NCBI GenBank assembly: GCA_950097015.1
Contig: CATNEN010000029.1
Span: 7,502,001-7,566,000, forward strand
Origin: Macrostomum hystrix
Lineage: Eukaryota; Animalia; Platyhelminthes
Reading direction: 5' to 3'
DNA length: 64,000 nt
Under the pieces are notes generated by a model, which was not told the DNA's origin, searched no databases, and saw only the letters and a program-made list of their open reading frames with translations. The position numbers were made by a program, and so were the translations under genes. Shown here piece after piece: positions 1 through 11,368 of this stretch; position 1 is the stretch's first letter, and every line of letters starts with the position of its first letter.

Positions 1-339
1 AATTATTGTATTTTAATTGGAAATGGACATTTTCACACTAAAATTAAGCAGTAAACAAATTGTTTTAGACAAAAACCGATACAAATGTTAGAAAAAATCA
101 CAAGCTATTTTTCCGTGTCAAAACGAGATGTGTACGTAGAGTATAAAAATAAAAAAGTAGCATACACTATGTACCACCAGTAAAATACCTGTAAAATACC
201 TGGAAAAACCTGTAAAAATATGGTAAATCTGAAAATCTTAATTTCAAGTGTGAGGAGGACATAATAAAATAGAATCAAATATAGATATTACGCTCGTACA
301 ACATTGTGAAATTTAGTCAGATGAACATGCGTTTCCAAA

Positions 340-535
340 GGCTGTGGTATAGCTGTTCAGTCTGTGGACTGCATGGGAGGTTCAAATACCTACCCTAAGT
401 TCTACTTTCAGCTGATGCTAGGTACCCATTTTACAAGTAGGTGAACAGAATTACAAAGGAATTAAGCCTAAGTGCCTTGCTCAAGGACACAATTTGTTCC
501 CGTTGAGCAGCTGAGATTCTAACTTCTGACTTGCT
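340..535 (-). mobile_element. CORE-like tRNA-derived SINE (family B), degenerate copy
   Basis: Reverse strand reads TGTGTCCTTGAGCAAGGCACTTA...TGTAAAATGGGTACC...CAGTCCACAGACTGAACAGC, shared with the copies at 23.3, 32.9, 38.4 and 41.6 kb. Confidence 0.7.
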
Positions 536-1244
536 GCAGACCTTTGAGCAGGACAACACAGAACACAAATTCACAGGCTGAGTGCATGAAATCTAATACA
601 ACGCGTGCAATCCAATCTCTAACGTGATATTTTTTATTTCAAAAAATGCTGTCAATACGTGATAATGAAAAACTGATAGGAATAAAATATGTTTTAAAAG
701 TCGGTTTAAAAAAAGATATATAACAGACTAGACATAGATTTTGTCACAAATCGAAAAAAGCATAATAAATCACTATTAACTCATTAACTCAATAAATCAT
801 TAACAACTATTATAGAGGCATGATCGATAGAATAGTACAGAGTTAAATAACTTTAAGTACACGTTTATCAATGCAAATACAATAAACATTCATACTACTA
901 TGAGTGACTAGCGATCGTGACTCAAACATGCGAAAAATGTGCGACTTAAAATCATGTTTGCTTTATCTTCGACCAATTTTTAAACGGTAACTTTCAAGGG
1001 AACTAGTGAAAAAGGTTAGTAAAATATATAAATACGATGCGTATTGTCTGCTAAAGACAATTTTTGTAATTGAATGCAGCACTCAGAAAAGTGTTATCAT
1101 ATTGTACTGCGGAACACGGCTGCTACGATTATTTTAAAGCAGATTTAAACAGATGAAACAACATTATTACAAATACGTGTAGAGTGTTCTTCTGACAGTT
1201 TGCAATTATATTAAATCTGAGTTCACAATTAAAAATGCCACCTC

Positions 1245-4200
1245 CTATTGCGATGGCGGCTGCGGCTGCGGCGGCGGAGGACTTGGCGGTCTCGGCCGTC
1301 CGGAGCCGAAAATTGACGCGCTTCGCCCGCTGGCCGAAGCGGCCGAGTGTAAAGGCTCGGTCACAGTACGCGGCAGCAGCTTTAACTTGGGCCTACTAAG
1401 AGCTGGCTGCTGCGGCTGCTGCTGCGTCTCCTGTCGTGGAGCAACTGCCTCATCACGGTAGCTGTTGCGGCTTCCGCTGCCACTGCCGCTACCGCTGGAG
1501 CCTTGGCGTTGACGCTGATGGATGCTGCCATGAAACGGCTGGTAGTCATGGTAACCCCTGTTTGGACCAGCGCTTCGCATCGCCAGCTCTTAGTGGTAGG
1601 GGCGCCCGCTTGCACCTCTGCTAGCGCCGCCTGTGATAGATTTAATTGAAGAAATTATCTAAAGGTAACCAACTTATGAGGGAGCTGAGCAGTGGGGGGA
1701 CTCTCGCGCTGAGGTCCCTGAGCTCGACGCCCACATTTAGTTTAGGGCTACAATCAGAAAAAAGGCTTTAAGGCTTGTCGTTTGCCATCCATAGAACTCA
1801 TATAAAATAAAGCCAAAAATAATTACACACCACCGCCGCGACTGCGTCTGCTCTGTGCAATGTCAATCTTCAACTGCCGATTATCGTAAAGCTGCAGGCA
1901 AAAATTTATATTCTCTTGTACGCTCGTAGATTAAGCCATCCCGACCAGTGACTCAGGACACTACATCCAGACCAATGACTCAGGACACTACATCCAGACC
2001 AGTGACTCAGGACACTACATCCAGACCAGTGACTCAGGACACTACATCCAGACCAGTGACTCAGGACACTACATCCAGATCCATGACTCAGGACACTACA
2101 TCCAGACCAGTGACTCAGGACACTACATCCAGACCAGTGACTCAGGACACTACATCCAGACCAATGACTCAGGACACTACATCCAGACCAATGACTCAGG
2201 ACACTACATCCAGACCAGTGACTCAGGACACTACATCCAGACCAGTGACTCAGGACACTACATCCAGACCAAGTGACTCAGGACACTACATCCAGACCAG
2301 TGACTCAGGACACTACATCCAGACCAGTGACTCAGGACACTACATCCAGACCAATGACTCAGGACACTATATCCAGACCAGTGACTCAGGACACTACATC
2401 CAGATCAAGTGACTCAGGACACTACATCCAGACCAGTGACTCAGGACACTACATCCAGACCAATGACTCAGGACACTACATCCAGACCAGTGACTCAGGA
2501 CACTACATCCAGACCAGTGACTCAGGACACTACATCCAGACCAGTGACTCAGGACACTACATCCAGACCAGTGACTCAGGACACTACATCCAGACCAATG
2601 ACTCAGGACACTACATCCAGACCAGTGACTCAGGACACTACATCCAGACCAATGACTCAGGACACTACATCCAGACCAATGACTCAGGACACTACATCCA
2701 GACCAATGACTCAGGACACTACATCCAGACCAATGACTCAGGACACTACATCCAGACCAGTGACTCAGGACACTACATCCAGACCAATGACTCAGGACAC
2801 TACATCCAGACCAATGACTCAGGACACTACATCCAGACCAGTGACTCAGGACACTACATCCAGACCAATGACTCAGGACACTACATCCAGACCAGTGACT
2901 CAACCAATGATTCAAGACACTACATCCAGACCAATGACTCAGGACACTACATCCAGACCAGTGATTCAAGACACAACATCCAGACCAATGACTCAGGACA
3001 CTACATCCAGACCAATGACTCAGGACACTACATCCAGACCAATGACTCAGGACACTACATCCAGACCAGTGACTCAGGACACTACATCCAGACCAGTGAT
3101 TCGGGACACTACATCCAGACCAATGACTCAGGACACTACATCCAGACCAGTGACTCAGGACACTACATCCAGATCAATGACTCAGGACACTACATCCAGA
3201 CCAGTGACTCAGGACACTACATCCAGACCAATGACTCAGGACACTACATCCAGACCAATGACTCAGGACACTACATCCAGACCAGTGACTCAGGACACTA
3301 CATCCAGACCAGTGACTCAGGACACTACATCCAGACCAGTGACTCAGGACACTACATCCAGATCAATGACTCAGGACACTACATCCAGACCAGTGACTCA
3401 AGACACTACATCCAGATCAATGACTCAGGACACTACATCCAGACCAATGACTCAGGACACTACATCCAGACCAATGACTCAAACCGCAGCAGCCAGACCA
3501 ATGACTCAAACCGCAGCAGCCAGACCAATGACTCAAACCACAGCAGCCAGACCAAATGACTCAAACTGCAGCAGCCAGACCAATGACTCAAACCACAGCA
3601 GCCAGACCAATGACTCAGGACACTACATCCAGACCAGTGACTCAGGACACTACATCCAGACCAATGACTTAAACCACAGCAGCCAGACCAAATGACTCAA
3701 ACCGCAGCAGCCAGACCAATGACTCAAACCACAGCAGCCAGACCAATGACTCAGGACACTACATCCAGACCAATGACTCAGGACACTACATCCAGATCAA
3801 TGACTCAGGACACTACATCCAGACCAGTGACTCAGGACACTACATCCAGACCAGTGACTCAGGACACTACATCCAGACCAATGACTCAGGACACTACATC
3901 CAGACCAGTGCCTCAGGACACTACATCCAGACCAGTGACTCAGGACACTACATCCAGACCAGTGACTCAGGACACTACATCCAGACCAATGACTCAGGAC
4001 ACTACATCCAGATCAATGACTCAGGACACTACATCCAGACCAATGATTCAAGACACTACATCCAGACCAATGACTCAGGACACTACATCCAGACCAATGA
4101 CTCAGGACACTACATCCAGACCAGTGATTCAAGACACAACATCCAGACCAATGACTCAGGACACTACATCCAGACCAATGACTCAGGACACTACATCCAG

Positions 4201-5804
4201 ACCAATGACTCAGGACACTACATCCAGACCAGTGACTCAGGACACTACATCCAGACCAGTGATTCGGGACACTACATCCAGACCAGTGACTCAGGACACT
4301 ACATCCAGACCAATGACTCAGGACACTACATCCAGACCAATGACTCAGGACACTACATCCAGACCAATGACTCAGGACACTACATCCAGACCAATGACTC
4401 AGGACACTAAATCCAGACCAGTGACTCAGGACACTACATCCAGACCAGTGACTCAGGACACTACATCCAGACCAGTGACTCAGGACACTACATCCAGATC
4501 AATGACTCAGGACACTACATCCAGACCAGTGACTCAGGACACTACATCCAGACCAATGACTCAGGACACTACATCCAGACCAGTGACTCAGGACACTACA
4601 TCCAGACCAGTGACTCAGGACACTACATCCAGACCAATGACTCAGGACACTACATCCAGACCAGTGACTCAGGACACTACATCCAGACCAGTGACTCAGG
4701 ACACTACATCCAGACCAGTGACTCAGGACACTACATCCAGACCAATGATTCAAGACACTACATCCAGACCAATGACTCAAGACACTACATCCAGACCAGT
4801 GACTCAGGACACTACATCCAGACCAGTGATTCAAGACACAACATCCAGACCAATGACTCAGGACACTACATCCAGACCAATGACTCAGGACACTACATCC
4901 AGACCAGTGACTCAGGACACTACATCCAGACCAATGACTCAGGACACTACATCCAGACCAGTGACTCAGGACACTACATCCAGACCAGTGACTCAGGACA
5001 CTACATCCAGACCAGTGACTCAGGACACTACATCCAGATCAATGACTCAGGACACTACATCCAGACCAGTGACTCAAGACACTACATCCAGATCAATGAC
5101 TCAGGACACTACATCCAGACCAATGACTCAGGACACTACATCCAGACCAGTGATTCAAGACACAACATCCAGACCAATGACTCAGGACACTACATCCAGA
5201 CCAATGACTCAGGACACTACATCCAGACCAATGACTCAAACCGCAGCAGCCAGACCAATGACTCAAACCGCAGCAGCCAGACCAATGACTCAAACCACAG
5301 CAGCCAGACCAAATGACTCAAACTGCAGCAGCCAGACCAATGACTCAAACCACAGCAGCCAGACCAATGACTCAAACCACAGCAGCCAGACCAGTGACTC
5401 AGGACACTACATCCAGACCAATGACTTAAACCACAGCAGCCAGACCAAATGACTCAAACCGCAGCAGCCAGACCAATGACTCAAACCACAGCAGCCAGAC
5501 CAATGACTCAAACCACAGCAGCCAGACCAATGACCAATAGCTCTGCACCAAAATCAAGGAGCTGCTCACAGCGCTATTGAGCTCGAGTGCTCTCCTCATG
5601 GAATCGGTATCCTCGAACTCCACATAGGCGAATCCCCTGAAGGTGTCAGTCTCACGGTCGCAAACCATCCGAATGCTGCGTATCTTGCAGCTGCTGAAAA
5701 TGTGCTCAACGTCTCCCTGGATTGAGTCTCTAGGCAGATTGCCAATAAACACGGTGGTCTGTGGCTCCACCTGGTTGATTTGTGAGCCTGCTCCACGGGA
5801 AACC
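1245..5804 (-). CDS. eIF4H: Eukaryotic translation initiation factor 4H (RRM + C-terminal RPKLKLLPRT...SIFG motif), at least 3 exons
   Basis: Exon ~5804-5570 encodes the RRM (TVFIGNLPRDSIQGDVEHIF..VCDRETDTFRGFAYVEFED) and ends at donor GTGAGC. Exon 1891-1831 (ctgcag|LYDNRQLKIDIAQSRRSRGG|gtgtgt) completes the RRM. The last exon (from 1630 or 1588 to 1245) encodes RPKLKLLPRTVTEPL..SASIFGSGRPR, matching the eIF4H C-terminus. Start codon not found. Confidence 0.88.
1683..1745 (+). mobile_element. Truncated tRNA-derived head of SINE family A
   Basis: ctctcgcgctgaggtccctgagctcgacgcccacatttag matches the head of the 47610 copy. Confidence 0.55.
1946..5535. repeat. 27-bp minisatellite (~130 units, TGACTCAGGACACTACATCCAGACCAR) filling an eIF4H intron
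   Basis: Directly visible. Variant units TGACTCAAACCRCAGCAGCCAGACCAA cluster at ~3475-3740 and ~5230-5535. Confidence 0.98.
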
Positions 5805-7942
5805 CTATGCAATGATGCTTGAGCAAATTATTTTAATGTTTAAGTATGCTTTACCTGTTTTAAAAGCAGAGATTTTAAAATTTAGTGAGAACTTATATGG
5901 AAATTAATTTTTTAAAATATTGTTTGATTTTTGTGCAGTTAGGTTGAAGTTTTTTACTTAAAAATTACTTTTAAAAATCTAGATGACAACATAATAAATT
6001 ATCTTAGTTACTGAATATACAAAAAATTGACTTACATATCTTTGAATCTAGCTAGATTGGGTTGTTAAATATAATTGCACTTCGATGAAAAACAGCTCTA
6101 AAAGACTTCTGAAAGTGAAAGAGGGACATGACAATATATAAGCATGCGTAATATAGCATTTAAACTAGGTGCAAGTCACTTGTGAACTTACTAATGAAAG
6201 AATACTTCTAGTACATTTTTGTTGTTTTATATACATATGCTGTCTTAGCTCCAATGCTAGTTAATCAAGACCAGTAGTATAGCCCAACAAGAAATGAAAC
6301 ATTAAAAAAACAAGAAAAATGATTTTGTGATAATAACCAAAACAATAAAGCAAAGATAATTTAAATATGTGATTGAATATACTAAGATATATTAATGTCT
6401 TAGTATATAAATACTCTATAAGCTCTTTCTGTACAGAGCATCATAGAATTGCTAAATACCAACAAGACTAATGTTTGACTAAAACAACACAATTGCAATA
6501 AAGCTAAGGCATATACAAGTTCATAATGAAAAGGGGGTCCTAAAATATTAGTGGCCTAATATTACGATAATACTTATGTATTGTTGACTGACATATGATA
6601 TACAAATTTGTACATTATTAGCTGCAAAAATATTTGTTAAAATGATATAGACTATATACTATAGAGAATAGCCACTTATTTAAGTGAATTAAGTTAACTA
6701 ATTTAAGTTTTTCGTTTACAATTGAAAAACTGAAATTTGTGGAAAAATATGGTAAGAATAAGTTTAAAGGCTGAAAGATTAAATATAACTAACGTTTTAT
6801 TTTAAAACAATAAAAGACACTTTAAAAGTCACTTTAGTTTAAATTAACATATATGACAGTATGGAATACACAGTTTAGAAGAGAATTGAGAACACTAGGA
6901 ATTGTAAGCCTACAAGAAAAAAATATTTATGAACTTATCATTTTACAAACCCGTCGAATTTCTAACCAAAAATAGTTCAAATTAGTGCCCGTAATGTTTC
7001 CGTAAGTTAAGTCGTTTAAAACGAGTTTATTTGGCTACAGTGGTTAATCAACGCATTTTGCTGAAATATGTAACTACTGGAAACTTAAACTTCTGGTTCC
7101 TTTGAACATTGGCTTTCAGTCAATTAAACAACTGGCTTTATATTTCGCCATTGCGACGAAACTTATCGAACGATACAAAATGCAAAATAATATGCGTAAT
7201 AAACTCGATTAAGACCTGAGCTTCGCTCTGAACCATAGCAAATATGTTCATGCCAATTAGAAAATAATGATTTCATTTAGCAAGCGTTTCCCAACAAGTC
7301 ACTAGACAACATGCCGATCCTGAAAACTGCAGCACTGCCAGTCAGCTGTACCCTAGCTAGGCCTGCGCCGTAGCGTATATTTTTGTACCCGGGTCGATCA
7401 GACAAAATTTATAGACGACTTATAAGCACCTATACTCTCGGAAATTAACTATAACTATAGTCAGCTATATCTTCGACAAGCATAAAATACGTTTACCTCC
7501 ATGCACGTGTCATCGAAAAACGGCTAAATGTGTTTGTACAAAGCACCGAAACAGCACGATCTGCACGTTTTCTGATTGCCTGTGACGCTGTGCAATACCT
7601 AAAATGCTTAAGAGCATATACAGTGCCAATTTGCAAAGAAAACACTCGTGCAGCACTGCACTAGTAAAAACTTAGTGAAGAAAATCAAGATGCTGCGGCA
7701 AGGCCTGCGAACGGGTATTTACTGTTTGTATTGGACTTGACATAGGATTGACACAGGCTGTTTGCTTAAGTCTCTGACAATACTCATTTCTAAGAAAATA
7801 TTTAATGAGACAAAAACTTGCGCAAACAAAAGACTACTCCGCTACTAAAAACTATATAACTAAGCACATAAGGGTCTCAAGCCTCACGAAGAAGCTACCA
7901 ATAGATTTAGCTTAAGAATAAGAAAGCAAACCAGCTTAGGTT

Positions 7943-10090
7943 ATGACTCGATTCTTATGTATTTGTTTGCTTCTTTTTGTTGCTGCCAGCGTTAGTGCAT
8001 CAGCTTGTGGTAAGTTGTGCTCGGAAGTAAAGCAAAAAATTGTAGCATAGATGTAGAAAATTTAAGCTTGTTGATTCCAGACTGCCCGTCCGGCTACAGA
8101 AAGGTAATAAATAAGAAATATGTATGCAGCCCCAAGTGCAGCATTGCACAACGTCGCGGCTCCCTGGCGTTCACCATCGACGATACGGGCTCCATGTGGC
8201 GCGAGATCAATGCGGTCAAGGCCAACATCGCTCGAATCGTTCGAGCGAACCGACGATTCAAGGACTACGTCATTGGTACATTCAACGATCCCTACAGACG
8301 CAATGTCATCAGGTCTCGGTCGGCATCCACCATCCTCAGCTTTCTCAGGCGGGTGAGGGCCTCTCGAGGTGGCGACTGTCCCGAGTTTGCAATGCGCGGC
8401 ATTCCTCGACGCTGCCAGGCTGGCCTAAGCCACGCTCGGTGCTCTTCGTGGTGACAGACGCCTCCGCCAAGGACGCCGCACTTAAGCACGCCGTTGCTCG
8501 GTACCTGCGCTCCAAGAAAATTCGTCTGTTTGCCGTCAAGGTGGGTGGAATGTGCGGCAGGCATTACCGAAGGGAGTTCGAAGTTCCTAGCCAAGCAGAC
8601 CGGAGGCCGGGTGCTGCAGTTTAGACGCCGAACGAACTTCCGTTATGTAAGTGCATGTGTCAGTTCTTCACTAATTCTCGATTGTCAAACATTTTTCATC
8701 CAAATATAATCAACAATCGAAATTGCCTCGATTTCATTGTTTTGCAGCTGATGCAATTTATAAAGAAAGCAGTTCATGGTGAAGTAGCCTTTAACTCCCT
8801 GCCGAGCAGTGGAGCAAAGTTGCGTCGACTAAAGCCAGGTAAAAAAGCTGGCAGAATCTATGCCAGTGTACGGTCTAACCTTAGCGTGGAGCTCAAAATA
8901 CGAATCCAATTAGGTGGTTCAGTTTAAAGCGGAGAAGAAATAATTTGGTCATAGGAACTTAAGAATAGTTTAAAGCAACAGTCAAATGTTTTGTTATTTC
9001 AGGCTGCTGCAAGTGGAAATTTACAACGAAATGCGTTAAAGAAGAACCGCCAAAAGGTGAGTTCAGCCAAAAGTACACGTCGAACTTTTTACGTGAACGA
9101 CTGAGACATGCAGACAGGAATACCACAAAAAATCCGACAGGGTGTCCAGCGGACCACTACAAGCTGGAAGAATCAATTCGCGAATGCAAATGCCGCAATG
9201 GAACCGACCAGATAAAACCACCACTGCGCGACGTAGGCTCCCTAGCTTTCACCATCGACGATACGGGCTCCATGTGGCGCGAGATCAATGCGGTCAAGGC
9301 CAACATCGCTCGAATCGTTCGAGCGAACCGACGATTCAAGGACTACGTCATTGGTACATTCAACGATCCCTACAGACGCAATGTCATCAGGTCTCGGTCG
9401 GCATCCACCATCCTCAGCTTTCTCAGGCGGGTGAGGGCCTCTCGAGGTGGCGACTGTCCCGAGTTTGCAATGCGCGGCATTCCTCGACGCTGCCAGGCTG
9501 GCCAAGCCACGCTCGGTGCTCTTCGTGGTGACAGACGCCTCCGCCAAGGACGCCGCACTTAAGCACGCCGTTGCTCGGTACCTGCGCTCCAAGAAAATTC
9601 GTCTGTTTGCCGTCAAGGTGGGTGGAATGTGCGGCAGGCATTACCGAAGGGAGTTCGAAGTTCCTAGCCAAGCAGACCGGAGGCCGGGTGCTGCAGCTGC
9701 GTAATAGGAACAACTTCCGAAATGTGAGTCGACGAAGCGAAAAATCACATTGTTCTCAAACGTGAAAAATCACGTAGAAACTGAATCCTGAGCATGAATA
9801 ATTACAGGTGCTGAGCTTCATCGGGCATGCGTCCAAGGGCGAAGCGAGCTTTACTTCGATTCCGTCAAGTGAGATGAAACTTAGAAAGCCTTGGAAAGCC
9901 AGGTAAGCTCGAACGCATTGTATTAGTAATCGAGCCACAGTAAAATCAAGTAATCTGAATTAAACTGTTCTTGAAATGTTCTAAATTCTTCTAGATTGCA
10001 TCTGCAAGCTCAAGACAAATGTGCGATGCGTCACCCGATGCCCTGATGGATACGAACGCAGTTGATGATACCTGCGTGAAGCCGCGCTAG
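7943..10090 (+). CDS. Secreted protein with two tandem hemicentin/VWA7-type von Willebrand A domains and Cys-rich linkers (~523 aa after removing seven +1 insertions)
   Basis: Exons 7943-8009 (signal peptide MTRFLCICLLLFVAASVSA), 8081-8646, 8748-8838, 9003-9056, 9114-9723, 9808-9902, 9995-10090, all GT-AG and phase-consistent after correction. Motifs LAFTIDDTGSM, FNDP, GGDCPE and FVVTDASAKD occur twice, as in the hemicentin N-terminal VWA. Confidence 0.82.
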
Positions 10091-11368
10091 AACTTCGTAA
10101 ATAAATAGCTCCATCATAGAGCTAATTGAAAAAAGTAATTCTACTAATTGATATCTTTACTTGTAAAACTATTTTCTTATCTAAAGTCTACTAAATCAAA
10201 GCTTGTTTTATATAAGCGGAAACCGACCAGAAATACAAGATCCAAGCTGCAAAATTTATAAATGTACTCCATTTAAGTACAAATAAACTTTTAATTTCTA
10301 TACGAAATAAATTGAAAAACTAATTTGACTTCAATTATTTAGAAAAAGAACGGTGTCAAAAGAACCGATGCAAGCGACTGTATGATTATGAACTGCTTTT
10401 ATTCAATTTTCGTAGCGGATTAGTAGTAACTCAAGAACATTCGCCGCAGAATTAACAGATATGGAACATCGGGAATGGAGGTCTCTAGGCTCATATAATG
10501 AAACTTAGATTACAGCTTGACATAAGAATATGTCTCTACAAGCCAATATTTCCTAACACGGTAGTAATTGCAGATCAAGTACCACGCCCTAGACACTAGA
10601 GTACAATAAATAAAAACAAACCAAGTGAAAGTCGAATGGTATGGAAGTAGAACATGTATCTGATACTGAATTTAACAGTGTCTTTTTACTAGAAAGAATG
10701 GCTCAATTTGCGGGCATACCCAAAAGTTGCCAATAGTGTTAATCGATTATTACATGCCTTGACTAGCAATGTCAAATAATTACACATACTTCTGTTACTA
10801 AATCACTAACAACGCACGCAAGCCATCTGAAGTTATTAAAAATCTGAAGATCTTTTTAAACAAAAATTGTACACAAGCAATACAAAACTAAGCTGAATAA
10901 TATGAGGAATAGGCACCGCTACACAGTGCACAAGCTATTTCGCCTGTTGGTGCAGATGCCGATGTTTTAAATTGTTATTCGACTTGCACAAAAATATTTT
11001 TGCTAATAAACGAAGGACTTTAGCATGTTGACAAATAAATCAATCGCTTTCTGACAATCTGCGAGGCCGTGAAATTTGAACAGATTAAGCATACAGATGT
11101 AAAGACAAACTTAGTCAATGAGGATGAATTTAGGCAATAAAAAAAGCAAGACACTTTTATAAAGACAAAAATGCAATCAAAAAGGAGTGGTGTCGGAATT
11201 CAGATTTTCTACTGTGCGCGCTGAACGAGGAGGAAACTAAGGGGGAATCTTGTTATGCTGGCTTATTGAGGCCACCAGCAGGCATCCGTTTAAGTAATGG
11301 AAGCAGGACTTATAGGGGCGAGTGTAGGTGACAAACAAATGCAAAAAGCACCGCAGATATAGTCTTAC

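Noticed and set aside
1948-5452. Long ORFs (428-586 aa) of MTQDTTSRP / SGHYIQTND repeats
   Set aside because: They are translations of an intronic 27-bp minisatellite, open in several frames, between bona fide eIF4H exons on the other strand.
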